Below, in pieces: positions 25,895-35,644 of a stretch of DNA of 64,000 nt. The DNA lies in the NCBI GenBank assembly GCA_965661285.1, contig CBFIDD010000002.1, forward strand, positions 224,001 through 288,000. The letters run 5' to 3'. The notes below the pieces were generated by a model. The model was not told the DNA's origin, did no database searches, and saw nothing but the letters and a program-made list of their open reading frames with translations. The translations under genes were made by a program, and so were the position numbers. This DNA is from Poseidonia sp. GTDB taxonomy: Archaea; Thermoplasmatota; Poseidoniia; Poseidoniales; Poseidoniaceae. Numbering within the stretch: the stretch's first letter is position 1; each line of letters opens with the position of its first letter.

Positions 25895-26827
25895 ATGAAG
25901 GCGAACCCGGGTGCAATACTCAGTGTCATCATGACCCTGATGGTGGCCACCCTGTCCGTGCAAGCCACCGTGGTCAACCTCTCCACCTCCTTTGAGCAAC
26001 CCGTTTCCACCAGCGGCGGCGGTCGGACCTTGCTGGTTGAAGAGATCACGGCGACGTGGTGCCCGAGCTGTGCGGAGATCGACCCCGAACTTCTCCAAGT
26101 GGCCGATAGCCACGGTTCCAGAATCGCCCTGCTCGCCTTGCATCCAACCGATGGTGAAGACGCCTTCCAGCCTGAAGCGAGTCAACATCGCCTCGACCGC
26201 CTTGCCCTGTCAAATCCGGAGGTGGGGCAGTCCACCCCCACGTTTGTGGTCGAATCCGGTGAACCTCGACGAGGTTATGATGCGTGGGGGGAGGTTCAAC
26301 GAGACATCCTCAATGCAGAAGTCGCTCGTCAAGAGGTGAGTCAACTTGACCTCTCGGTGGTCAACACCGACCGGGGACTTGAGGCAAGCATCATTCACGC
26401 CGACCTGCTCAAAACCAACGGCACCCAACTGACATTTATCATCATGGAACACAAAAAGAGCATGCCAGAGGGTGTTGTCAACCCCGGTGGCGACCACCGG
26501 GACCGTGTGGTGGTGGGTTTGGCAGAGTGTTCCCTTGACAATCACAGCATCACGGCCTCCTTTGGCTTGCTCGATGCATCGGTGGGCGAGGCCTGCGACC
26601 GTTCGTTTTCCATTGAATTTGAATCGCTCGGCTCGTGGAGTGTGCTGCTGGTGCACGAGCCCACGTCCGAGCAATTGGGGGCCGGCGGCGATGCACAATC
26701 GCTCGGCGCCGTTGAGTTGGCGTATCGGGACAGGGCCATCGTCGAGGCTAACTCGAATAACCTCGGAAGATTGCTCCTGGTCGGTTGCTTTGTGCTGGCT
26801 GCTGCTTCAATTGTTCGGAAAAAGTAA
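25895..26827 (+). CDS. Secreted thioredoxin-like (Omp28-related) protein with C-terminal TM
   Basis: Signal peptide, LVEEITATWCPSC, cis-Pro-like TPTF, HRDRVV, C-terminal TM plus RKK. Confidence 0.75.
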   Translation: MKANPGAILSVIMTLMVATLSVQATVVNLSTSFEQPVSTSGGGRTLLVEEITATWCPSCAEIDPELLQVADSHGSRIALLALHPTDGEDAFQPEASQHRLDRLALSNPEVGQSTPTFVVESGEPRRGYDAWGEVQRDILNAEVARQEVSQLDLSVVNTDRGLEASIIHADLLKTNGTQLTFIIMEHKKSMPEGVVNPGGDHRDRVVVGLAECSLDNHSITASFGLLDASVGEACDRSFSIEFESLGSWSVLLVHEPTSEQLGAGGDAQSLGAVELAYRDRAIVEANSNNLGRLLLVGCFVLAAASIVRKK

Positions 26828-26944
26828 TTTTTTCTACAATTAATATCGTGAAGTTCCACGAAAGTGGAAGAAATATTCCGAAATCCGGAACCGAACCTCA
26901 CCGGAAGCAGAAGGTTTGATAAACGGCAAGGCCAATGTAACACC

Positions 26945-27214
26945 ATGACAAACACATGGGAAGACATCGCTTGGGAGACCGAGACACCACGCAAAGAATG
27001 GGTGGTTGAGTACTACGCCAAAGTCGGTGGAGAGACCGCGCACCACCTGTCCGTCCTCCACGGCGAAGACATGGAAGCCGTTCAGCGAATGCTGATGCAT
27101 GAACTTCGTTCGACCTACACGGAAGCATCTGAAATCGAGGTCACCATCTTGAGAATGGAAGAGATTGAAACCGAGCCAAAAGCTGCGATGTTCAACGGTG
27201 CCTTCTCGCCCTGA
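26945..27214 (+). CDS. Hypothetical protein
   Basis: Backbone-like codon usage; AT-rich promoter-like region upstream. Confidence 0.65.
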   Translation: MTNTWEDIAWETETPRKEWVVEYYAKVGGETAHHLSVLHGEDMEAVQRMLMHELRSTYTEASEIEVTILRMEEIETEPKAAMFNGAFSP

Positions 27215-27766
27215 TCAAGCCTTTTCACGGTAGACCAGTTCGATGTATTGCTTGTCCTCAAGGATGAGGTTCTCAAAGTCGTACACTTGCTCTCTGGTGC
27301 TGGGGTCAACCACGATGTTGTTATTATCGTCGTAGTCGTAGGTGTTGAGGAACATCAGGAATTCGTGGTTGTCGTCCACCCTGTGGTCGTCAAAGCCGGT
27401 TTCGTCCATGTGCTTGCCCCAAATGTCGAAGAAGGCCTCAAGCGGGGCTTCAATTCCCGATTCCTTGAATTCAACGTGAATCTTCCCCGAGGGGTCGTGC
27501 GTGTGAAGGGGGCGCATGGTGCACCCTGGGTCGTTCAAACCGACGTTACCGGGAATTTCAACCTCTTCACCCAGCACGGAAATGTAGACCATGGGGTGGT
27601 AGTGTTCAGCAAGGCCTGAGTGGCCGCCAACACACTCGTCGGCGAGCGCATGACGCTCGTCTGCAGTGGAGAAGGGAGGCTCACCATCGCTTTGTCCCAG
27701 CAAAAAACCGAGCGCTGCGAGGGCGCCCACCGTTACCACCAACCAAAACAACGATTCCTTGTTCAT
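27215..27766 (-). CDS. Membrane-anchored protein with His-cluster metal site
   Basis: N-terminal TM; EHYHP, C..PLHTHD..GKIHVE, FFDIWG. Confidence 0.8.
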   Translation of the reverse strand: MNKESLFWLVVTVGALAALGFLLGQSDGEPPFSTADERHALADECVGGHSGLAEHYHPMVYISVLGEEVEIPGNVGLNDPGCTMRPLHTHDPSGKIHVEFKESGIEAPLEAFFDIWGKHMDETGFDDHRVDDNHEFLMFLNTYDYDDNNNIVVDPSTREQVYDFENLILEDKQYIELVYREKA

Positions 27767-28386
27767 GCAGAAGCCTCCTTCTCCCCGTCGGGTGATTCAT
27801 CACTCCAAGTCCCATCGTCGTGCATTTTCCCGGCTCGCCAAAACCCGAAGAGGCACACCACGTTCGCGACGTGGGCCATGGTGCAGAACTGGCAAATCTT
27901 CTCCATCGCCACTTCGTATGAAATCAAGAGGGCGATGATGGGCAGACCAATAGCCGTCATGTATTTCCCGTACTTGAGATAGGTTTCAGCCCAGAGTGCA
28001 TCGGGTTCTTTGGAAACGGAGTTGGACACGAACATCAATGCCCCAAAGGCCACCATGCCAATCATGCCCCATGGTAATCCGAAAACAGGATCCGTGTTGT
28101 ATTGGGCATTGCCGAGCACATCATCACACGAAAACACGGTGGCGCTCGAACAGACATTGCCACCTTCACTGATTTTGTTCGATATCCAAAGCGTGTGAAC
28201 CGAGACGATAAATCCAGCCAGCACGACGAGGTTCATGCCCAGCATGTGCCGGCGGCGAGCATGTGCAAGCAGAGGGTTCCTCCCGGAGAGGGAGTTCCCC
28301 AATCCGTCACCGGCTTTGGTCATCAACACCAAGCCGAAGACGATTGGAACGATGTAGGCGATGAGCAGAAGGTTCTGGTCAACCAT
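27763..28386 (-). CDS. Vitamin K epoxide reductase (VKOR) family protein
   Basis: C......SCDDVL loop cysteines, FGLPWG, KICQFC..AH active site. Confidence 0.93.
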   Translation of the reverse strand: MVDQNLLLIAYIVPIVFGLVLMTKAGDGLGNSLSGRNPLLAHARRRHMLGMNLVVLAGFIVSVHTLWISNKISEGGNVCSSATVFSCDDVLGNAQYNTDPVFGLPWGMIGMVAFGALMFVSNSVSKEPDALWAETYLKYGKYMTAIGLPIIALLISYEVAMEKICQFCTMAHVANVVCLFGFWRAGKMHDDGTWSDESPDGEKEASA

Positions 28387-28388
28387 CT

Positions 28389-29078
28389 TCAGGCCTCCAA
28401 GGTCAGTCGGAAAATGGCATCTCGCACCGTCTCGCTTGGATTCTCAGAGGAAACCCAAGCAACAATACCGCCGGGCTGAATGAGGAAATACGCCGGCGTG
28501 CCGGGGACCTTCCACTCTTGCATGTTGTCCTGATTAAGGTCGTCGATGTAAACGAAGTTGTGAGCAGGGCCGATTCGACCTTGGTTATCGCACGAACTCC
28601 CTGCACATTCTTCGCCAGCAGTCCGATCTCGGAAGGCCTCGATCTCATCTCGACTCGATTCGTGCCCTGGAATATCCAGTTGTGTTGCACTTGCGATGAA
28701 ATTGACAACAGGGCCTTGCCATGAATTCTCATTTTGCGCTCCGAGTTTCATGAAATAATTCGCGTTCTGTCCCATTTCCTCTGCAGAATCCACACAGAAC
28801 GGGCAATCGGTGTCCATGAACTCGACCAAGAGCCATTGGCCATCGTCGCCGGCGGTCCAGTTGGCGGTCAGGTAGTCACTCATGTCAAATTCGTACCAGC
28901 CGCTCCCGTTGTAGGCGAGACCTTCCAACGGAGGCGCACGGTCGCCCTCTTTCGTTCCAGTCTTGATGGGGTCGGTGGTCACGGCGAGGAAGATGATGGC
29001 AACAAAGAACAGGGCCATCACCTTGATTCCGGTATCGGTGCGTACGTCAGCTTCGGTGTCTGTTTTCATCACGTTCAC
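28389..29078 (-). CDS. Membrane-anchored redoxin (TlpA/ResA-like)
   Basis: N-terminal TM, GDRAPPL, FMDTDCPFC, VPGTPAYFLIQPGG. Confidence 0.87.
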   Translation of the reverse strand: MNVMKTDTEADVRTDTGIKVMALFFVAIIFLAVTTDPIKTGTKEGDRAPPLEGLAYNGSGWYEFDMSDYLTANWTAGDDGQWLLVEFMDTDCPFCVDSAEEMGQNANYFMKLGAQNENSWQGPVVNFIASATQLDIPGHESSRDEIEAFRDRTAGEECAGSSCDNQGRIGPAHNFVYIDDLNQDNMQEWKVPGTPAYFLIQPGGIVAWVSSENPSETVRDAIFRLTLEA

Positions 29079-30025
29079 TCCAGTCCAATTTCCTCAAGCA
29101 GGCACTCAGCCGTGTAGCGAATAGCCTCCTCGCTGTTCATCTTCACATCAAACCCTGTCTTGAGCATTTTCTCAATACCGAGACGCGCCCGAGGAATGTC
29201 GCCCGCCCAACCGCGGTCGCCACCGGTGTATTCGATACTGGCGCCGTGGCACCCAGTGACATCGACGACGATCTCCGCAATTCGGCGAACAGAAGCGGTG
29301 TCATGGCTTCCAAGGTTGTACAAATTCAACCGCTCGTCCGCTTGACTCATGACGTGAAGGATGGCGTCGGCACAATCACCGACTTCCATGTAGGACTTTT
29401 CTTGCAAGCCATTGCCCAAAACTTCCAAGCGCGTGGGGTCGTTCTTGAGTTTGTGAATGAAATCAAAGATGACCCCGTGGGTGCCACGAGCTCCGATGAT
29501 GTTGGCAAAACGGAAAATCCAGGCTTGGAGTCCGAAGGTACCGACCCAACTGCTGATGAGCCCTTCGCCGGCTTGTTTGCTGGCGCCGTACAGAGAAATG
29601 GGCATGCAGGGGCCGTGGTCTTCGGGGGTCGGCATCGGAGCGTTCTCACCGTACACAACGGAACTGGAGGCAAAGGCGATCTTCTCGACCCCGTTCAAGC
29701 GCATCGCTTCGAGGATGTTGTATGTAGCGACCGTGCCCTGCTTGAGGTCGGTGTCGGTGATGCGCGTGCCCAGACGAATGTCAGGGTTCGCAGCGAGATG
29801 AAACACGCAGTCGATGTCCAGAGCCATGGCCTTGTCAACATCGTCGGGGTTGCAGATATCGCCTTCCACGAGCGTCACGTCGCCAGCATTGATGTGCTGC
29901 TGGATAAACGAGACATGACCACTCGAGAGGTTATCGATGACAACGACACTGTCGCCTCGACCGACGAGTCGGTCAATCAGGTGCGACCCAATAAAGCCCG
30001 CACCACCGGTCACCAAGGCTCGCAT
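29075..30025 (-). CDS. NAD-dependent nucleotide-sugar epimerase/dehydratase
   Basis: TGGAGFIGSH, HLAA, SSSVVYG, YGASK, RFANIIG. Confidence 0.94.
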   Translation of the reverse strand: MRALVTGGAGFIGSHLIDRLVGRGDSVVVIDNLSSGHVSFIQQHINAGDVTLVEGDICNPDDVDKAMALDIDCVFHLAANPDIRLGTRITDTDLKQGTVATYNILEAMRLNGVEKIAFASSSVVYGENAPMPTPEDHGPCMPISLYGASKQAGEGLISSWVGTFGLQAWIFRFANIIGARGTHGVIFDFIHKLKNDPTRLEVLGNGLQEKSYMEVGDCADAILHVMSQADERLNLYNLGSHDTASVRRIAEIVVDVTGCHGASIEYTGGDRGWAGDIPRARLGIEKMLKTGFDVKMNSEEAIRYTAECLLEEIGLE

Positions 30026-30150
30026 GGCATCCCGAGCAAAACCGCTCGTATAAGGAGCATGGTTCTCCCACGGCAACCAAGCGAGGGCTTCAAGACGGTT
30101 GATGTGAATCGTTCTGTTCCTGAGGAATCAGCCTCAGGGGAGGTGAAAAC

Positions 30151-30399
30151 ATGAAGAAATCTGAAACCAAAACGACCACGGAAACGGTGGACAACAACAT
30201 CTTGGTGGGCTATGTTCGCCGAAGCAATGCCGGTGGGGCACTCAAACTCTCCATCAACACGGCGGCCTTCGCAGACTGCAGCACCTACATGACCAGCGAC
30301 GGGCAGGCCTATGTCCCGTTGGTGATCTCAATGGGGGCCCTGCAAAAGGTGCTGTCCGGCGAGCGTGCAGTGACCACCGTCACGCAACTCCACGACTGA
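30151..30399 (+). CDS. Small hypothetical protein
   Basis: GGAGGTGA ribosome-binding motif directly upstream; VGYVRRSNAGGALKLSIN. Confidence 0.8.
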   Translation: MKKSETKTTTETVDNNILVGYVRRSNAGGALKLSINTAAFADCSTYMTSDGQAYVPLVISMGALQKVLSGERAVTTVTQLHD

Positions 30400-30541
30400 A
30401 GCCTCCATGGCGAATCGTGCAGTTCCTTCTCTCAGAGAAGTACAACGTCGTGCGGCTGGCCACGGTCATTCGCTCGGCCTTTCTATCACTTCATCGTATA
30501 TTTTTAAACAGGCATATATAGAACCTCGCCGACGGAGGGGT

Positions 30542-31486
30542 ATGCCTGAAGGTGAGATGCCCCGCAGTGGGGCGAAACATCACATCGTCGCAGGCATGCC
30601 GATGTACAACGAGGAAGAGACCATCGGCTCGGTCGTGACCCGAGCGCTCCGGCACGTGGATGAAGTCATCTGCATCGATGACGGTTCCTCAGACGCATCC
30701 GCCCGTATTGCCGAAGCATGCGGTGCAACCGTGATTCGGCATCGCGTCAACCGCGGCTACGGCGGCGCACTCAAGACCCTGTTTCTCCGTGCTGCCGAGA
30801 TGGACGCCGATGCGCTGGTTCTCCTGGACTCGGACGGTCAACATGAAACGAGCGATATTCCCAAACTCCTGGCTCCAATCCTCGCCGGCGAAGCCGATTT
30901 CGCCATCGGCTCCCGCTTTGTCGATGGCGGCGGCGGCACCGACATGCCTGCCTATCGCCGTTTGGGCATCAAAGTCATCACTGCGGCTTCAAACCTCTCA
31001 AGTGACCTCGGCATTCGAGACACGCAATCCGGATTCCGTGCCTTTTCGCGTACCGCACTCGAGCGACTTCGTTTTGATTCGGAGGGCATGGAGCTTTCCC
31101 TCGAAATGCTCGAGGACGCTCACGAAAAGCAACTCAGCGTGCTCGAAGTTCCCACTGTGATTCGCTACGATGTCCCCAAGGGCTCCAACTTCACCGCTGT
31201 CTCCCACGGGTTCACCGTGATGACATGGGCCGTGTTGTCCCTCTCCCAAAAGAAACCACTCCTCGTCCTCGGCGTTCCCGGTCTCGGTCTTCTCGCCACG
31301 GGAGCGGCCATGGGGATGCGAACAGCGCAGGACCTCACGCTGCAAATCGACAGCATCATCGGTTCGGGAATCTCGGCGGTATGGATTGGCTTGCTCGGCC
31401 TTTCGCTGATGGCTACTGGACTTGTGCTTCAAAGCGCACAACGCTTTTTGCGCCTGCTGCTCGTTCGGGAATTTGGCCTGGATTGA
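30542..31486 (+). CDS. GT2 glycosyltransferase (polyprenol-phosphate sugar synthase-like)
   Basis: PMYNEE, DDGSSD, NRGYG, LDSDGQH, GSRF, DTQSGFRA, two C-terminal TMs. Confidence 0.93.
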   Translation: MPEGEMPRSGAKHHIVAGMPMYNEEETIGSVVTRALRHVDEVICIDDGSSDASARIAEACGATVIRHRVNRGYGGALKTLFLRAAEMDADALVLLDSDGQHETSDIPKLLAPILAGEADFAIGSRFVDGGGGTDMPAYRRLGIKVITAASNLSSDLGIRDTQSGFRAFSRTALERLRFDSEGMELSLEMLEDAHEKQLSVLEVPTVIRYDVPKGSNFTAVSHGFTVMTWAVLSLSQKKPLLVLGVPGLGLLATGAAMGMRTAQDLTLQIDSIIGSGISAVWIGLLGLSLMATGLVLQSAQRFLRLLLVREFGLD

Positions 31487-31771
31487 TCATCCCATCAGTC
31501 TCGCCGCAAGCGCGAGGACATAGGGAACGGCAAACAAGCCGAAGAACACAAACATGGCGATGCGAACCGTCTTCTGGTTCTTTTCGTCTTTCTCGTTCTG
31601 CTCGATGCAGGCCTGCTGCTTGCACACACGAAGCTCAACTTTGACCGAGATGGGTTCATGGCAAATTCGGCAGTGCTTGTGCGGAGGAACTTTTCCCCCG
31701 CCGGCAATGTTGCCGACGAATTGACTTGACTTCTTGGCGACCATGTCTTTCACTTTCTTTGCATCCACCAT
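31487..31771 (-). CDS. DUF2116-family Zn-ribbon membrane protein
   Basis: PPHKHCRIC..I......C...C followed by a TM. Confidence 0.85.
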   Translation of the reverse strand: MVDAKKVKDMVAKKSSQFVGNIAGGGKVPPHKHCRICHEPISVKVELRVCKQQACIEQNEKDEKNQKTVRIAMFVFFGLFAVPYVLALAARLMG

Positions 31772-31780
31772 GCCAACACC

Positions 31781-32488
31781 TCATGCTTTGATGATCGTAC
31801 CTTCGAAGAGCTTGCCCTCGAGGGCGTCGTCGAGTGTTCGAATATTTCTTCCGTCGAGCACCGCCAAGTCCAATCCTGCTTCGATGGCCACACCAACGGC
31901 CACGGGGTCAACAACGGTCGATGCTCCTGGCTCAAGCGGTGTACCTACGCCAACAATCTCGCCAAGTTGCTCGAGCGTCATGTCGGTCAAGGCCTCGGCG
32001 TCCTCATGATGCCGTGGGTCTTTGGTGTACACATGGGCCACATTCGTGGCAATGATGCAGTGTCGAGCATGAACCGCTGCGGCCAATTTCACCGCCACAG
32101 TATCGGTGGTATGGCCGGGGACAGTACCGCCCATGACCACGATGTGATGGTGTTCAAGCAAACCACGTGCCTCGTCAATGGTGTGAGGAACAACAGGTGC
32201 GACATCGCAACCGATGTCCAACAGAAGCTGTTGCAGAACCGTGGCGTTCAAGCGAGTGCCTGCGATGCCGATTTGGTCAAGTTTGTGCCGGTCGGTGATG
32301 ATTTCCCTCACCAGAGCAATGCCCTCTCGTGCCGGCAAGCCTCCACCAACAACCAAGCCAACTCGCCGTCCGTTGCCTTCCAGATGAACCACCAATTGGC
32401 GCAAATGCCCCATCCACATCGTTCGTGCGGCCGCCTCTTCGGGACGAAGCAGACTTCCTCCGAGGGCCACGACATGCGTTGGGCTCAT
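31781..32488 (-). CDS. pyrH: UMP kinase (archaeal type)
   Basis: ALGGS, VVGGG..AR, D.IGI..TRLNA, GGTVPGHTTD, VYTKDP. Confidence 0.93.
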   Translation of the reverse strand: MSPTHVVALGGSLLRPEEAAARTMWMGHLRQLVVHLEGNGRRVGLVVGGGLPAREGIALVREIITDRHKLDQIGIAGTRLNATVLQQLLLDIGCDVAPVVPHTIDEARGLLEHHHIVVMGGTVPGHTTDTVAVKLAAAVHARHCIIATNVAHVYTKDPRHHEDAEALTDMTLEQLGEIVGVGTPLEPGASTVVDPVAVGVAIEAGLDLAVLDGRNIRTLDDALEGKLFEGTIIKA

Positions 32489-32611
32489 GGTTTGTGTGGG
32501 TTGCTGGCATGCTTTCATCCTATCCCTTCACCCAAACCACGGCGCGTGGAAACACCATGTTTGGTGGGAGACTTGAAGTGCCCTGCCACAGCCGGACAAA
32601 AGGGGAAGACC

Positions 32612-33871
32612 ATGTCAGACGATGCCAAGTTGTCAGCGCGCCGTCTGCGCCTGAAACTGGCCCTCGAAGAACTTCGGGAAATGAAGGGCTTCGGAACGGA
32701 ATTGGTAACGCTCATCATTCCACCGGACCGGCAAATCTCCGACGCACGTTCGATGCTCCAAAACGAACACGGTCAAGCGGCCAACATCAAATCAAAAGGG
32801 ACACGGAAAAACGTCCAAGGCGCCATTGAATCGGCCATCTCGACGCTTTCTCGGTTCAAGACCCCCGGTGAAAACGGTCTTGCCATCTTCGTTGGCTCCA
32901 TCATCATTGGCAACAACAAAAGCCGGATGGTCAACATCGTGGTCGACGACCCCCCGCAATCCCTCGTCTCCTTCCGATACCGCTGTGATTCTCGATTCGA
33001 AGTGACCCAACTTGAGGAAATGCTGGTCGACAAGAAGTCCTACGCCCTCTTCGTGATTGACCGAGCCGAAGCAGCCTACGGTATTGCTACCGGAAAGCGC
33101 ATCCACGTTCAAGAGCACCTCGTCTCCAACATCATGGGCAAACACCGCCAAGGTGGTCAGTCGGCCCAACGTTTTGAGCGGCTCATTGAGGAGGCTGCGC
33201 ACAATTTCTTCAAGCGTGCAACAGAGCACGCCTGCTCCTATTGGCTGCCTCATCTTGAGAACATCCAAGCCGTCATCATCGGTGGACCGGGAGCGACCAA
33301 AGACTTCGTTGTGAAGAACGAATATTTCCACCACGAAATCACGAAAAAAATTGCGAAAACGACCTTTGATGTTGGCTACTCAAACGAATCGGGCGTCCGG
33401 GAACTGGTTGAAAACGCCGGCCAGTTAATGGGCGAAATTGAATTGGACGCCGAGCGTCAAATCATGAACCGATTCCTCGAGGAGTTGATTCGCCCGCACC
33501 CGAAAGCCACCTACGGTGAGATGATGATCGAGCAGGCGCTGAACCAAGGTGCTGTGGATACGTTGCTGATCTCAGAGGGGCTTCGCGGAAACATCGTGGA
33601 ATTGTTGTGCAAAAAATGCAAACATGGCACCGATGCGAAGTGGGAAGAACGACTCTCGCTTCAGCAAGAATTGCCCGCATGTCCCTCCTGTGGTGCATCC
33701 GGAGATTCGATTCGCGAACAGGCCAGCCATTCCATCATTGATTCACTTGGGCAGATGGCCGAAGCAAGTAATTCACAAATTACATACATTTCAGTGGACA
33801 CAGAAGAGGGTTCACAACTAATGCAAGGCTTTGGTGGCCTTGCTGCTATTCTTCGCTATCCAATGATGTGA
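32612..33871 (+). CDS. prf1: Peptide chain release factor aRF1
   Basis: GTELVTL, NIKS, YRCDSRF, GGQS, C-terminal Zn ribbon, FGGLAAILRY. Confidence 0.96.
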   Translation: MSDDAKLSARRLRLKLALEELREMKGFGTELVTLIIPPDRQISDARSMLQNEHGQAANIKSKGTRKNVQGAIESAISTLSRFKTPGENGLAIFVGSIIIGNNKSRMVNIVVDDPPQSLVSFRYRCDSRFEVTQLEEMLVDKKSYALFVIDRAEAAYGIATGKRIHVQEHLVSNIMGKHRQGGQSAQRFERLIEEAAHNFFKRATEHACSYWLPHLENIQAVIIGGPGATKDFVVKNEYFHHEITKKIAKTTFDVGYSNESGVRELVENAGQLMGEIELDAERQIMNRFLEELIRPHPKATYGEMMIEQALNQGAVDTLLISEGLRGNIVELLCKKCKHGTDAKWEERLSLQQELPACPSCGASGDSIREQASHSIIDSLGQMAEASNSQITYISVDTEEGSQLMQGFGGLAAILRYPMM

Positions 33872-33880
33872 GGTGAAACC

Positions 33881-35644
33881 ATGGAGTTGCTCAAAGCAGA
33901 GATACAACACCTCGTCGAGGAGGCCCTCGAAACACTTGGCGTCGATTCGGGCCTCGTCGAGCGGATGCTTCAGCCTGCGAAAGAAGCCGACCAGGGCGAC
34001 CTTTCCCTCCCGTGTTTTCCATTTGCAAAGGCCCTCGGCATGGCTCCAACGGTGATTGCAGAGAACATCAAAGCCGCCATGGCCAAGCATGAGGCCATCC
34101 TTGAGGTCAACGCCGTCAACGGCTATCTGAACGTTCGAGCCGACCCTGCCTGGCTGGCGAACCGATTGCTCAACGAAGGTGTGCGCCTCGGTGCAAACGA
34201 TGGACGCCGAGAGGTCCTTATCGAACACACCTCGGCCAACCCGAACGGACCCTTCCACGTGGGGCGGGCACGAAACGCCATTCTGGGTGACACACTCGTG
34301 CGCCTCCATCGATTGTGGGGCGACAGCGTCACTGCTGAGTATTATGTGGACGACATGGGAAAGCAGGTTGCCGTCCTTGCGTGGGCCCTTGACAACATGA
34401 GCGCCGAGGAAGTTGAAGGACTGCTCGAGCAGCGCGAACCCGCCAATCCGAAGTGGTCCCACAAGGCTGACCACGAACGGGTGCGATGGTACCAAGCGGC
34501 CCAACTCCTCCGCAAAGAAAGCCAGAAGAGTGCACGTATTGAACAGGCCATCGGTGAACTTGTTCACGCCAGCGAGCACGGAGATGAAGCCGTTCTTGCA
34601 TCGTTTCAGAACGCCTATCAGCCCGTGCTTGACGGCATGTTGGAAACCCTTGGACGCCTTGGAATCCACTTTGACCGGTTTACCAAAGAGTCGGTCTTTG
34701 TCACCAATGGTGATGTTGGTCGGCTGATGGCGACCCTGGGCGAGCTTGAGATCAACGGCATCGCCGAAAACGGTGCGCAGTTTTTGGATCTCGGCCAGCG
34801 GGGACTCAAAGGGAAAACAGAATTCTTCTATCGACGAGGGGACGGTTCTTCCCTGTACGCCACCAGAGACATCGCCTATCACGAGTGGAAATGGACGCAA
34901 TGCAATGAACTCATCAATGTCTTGGGTGAAGACCACAAGTTGCAAGCCCAACAGGTGGGGCTCACGCTTGAAGAACTCGGCCAGCGGCGGCCCGAAGTCA
35001 TGTTCTATTCCTTCATCAAACTCCCCGAGGGCAAGATGTCGACCCGTCGAGGCAACGTGGTGTTCATGGACGACCTCCTTGAGGAAGCCCAGGCCCATGC
35101 CGTTGAGGTGCTCAAAGAACGACGACCCGACCTTGACGACGAAACCATGGCGACCATCGCCGAGGCCGTCGGTACGTCGGCGGTTCGATTCAACATCATC
35201 AGCGTGAGTCCCGAGAAAGGCTTCACCTTCCGATGGGAGGACGCCTTGAGTTTCGAAGCCGGTTCTGCTCCGTTCATCATGTACAGCCACACCCGTGCTT
35301 GTTCCATCAAGCGAAAGGTCGTCGAAACCGACCCATCCTTCGCCGGCACCTACGATGGACCCGCACCTTCAAGCGACAGCATGCCTCCTGGATTGGTCCA
35401 ACTCCTTCGCATGCTGGCGGTGCACGATGACCGTCTGGCCAAGGTGGTTCGTGAGCACCGCCCCAACCTCTTTGCCGAGTATCTGCTCCGACTGTCAACG
35501 GCCTACAACTCGTTCTATAGAGACTGCTACATCATCAACGATGGCGTCGTCAATCCGTTCTATTTCGCCGTGTCTGAACTCGCAAGGACCACCCTTCGAG
35601 ACGGCATGGTCGGACTTGGCGTTGTCCCCATTGAAACGATGTGA
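33881..35644 (+). CDS. argS: Arginine--tRNA ligase
   Basis: EHTSANPNGPFHVGRARN, YATRDIAYH, KMSTRRG, C-terminal ETM. Confidence 0.96.
   Translation: MELLKAEIQHLVEEALETLGVDSGLVERMLQPAKEADQGDLSLPCFPFAKALGMAPTVIAENIKAAMAKHEAILEVNAVNGYLNVRADPAWLANRLLNEGVRLGANDGRREVLIEHTSANPNGPFHVGRARNAILGDTLVRLHRLWGDSVTAEYYVDDMGKQVAVLAWALDNMSAEEVEGLLEQREPANPKWSHKADHERVRWYQAAQLLRKESQKSARIEQAIGELVHASEHGDEAVLASFQNAYQPVLDGMLETLGRLGIHFDRFTKESVFVTNGDVGRLMATLGELEINGIAENGAQFLDLGQRGLKGKTEFFYRRGDGSSLYATRDIAYHEWKWTQCNELINVLGEDHKLQAQQVGLTLEELGQRRPEVMFYSFIKLPEGKMSTRRGNVVFMDDLLEEAQAHAVEVLKERRPDLDDETMATIAEAVGTSAVRFNIISVSPEKGFTFRWEDALSFEAGSAPFIMYSHTRACSIKRKVVETDPSFAGTYDGPAPSSDSMPPGLVQLLRMLAVHDDRLAKVVREHRPNLFAEYLLRLSTAYNSFYRDCYIINDGVVNPFYFAVSELARTTLRDGMVGLGVVPIETM

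Noticed and set aside
25775-26188. N-terminal extension of RlmE
   Set aside because: Overlaps the divergent thioredoxin-like gene; the true start is near 25774.
31967-32611. Apparent 215-aa N-terminal extension of aRF1
   Set aside because: Antisense to pyrH; an artefact of longest-ORF calling.
33818-35290. 490-aa antisense ORF to argS (likewise 39514-41019 against lysS)
   Set aside because: Typical antisense open frames in GC-rich coding DNA; no motifs.
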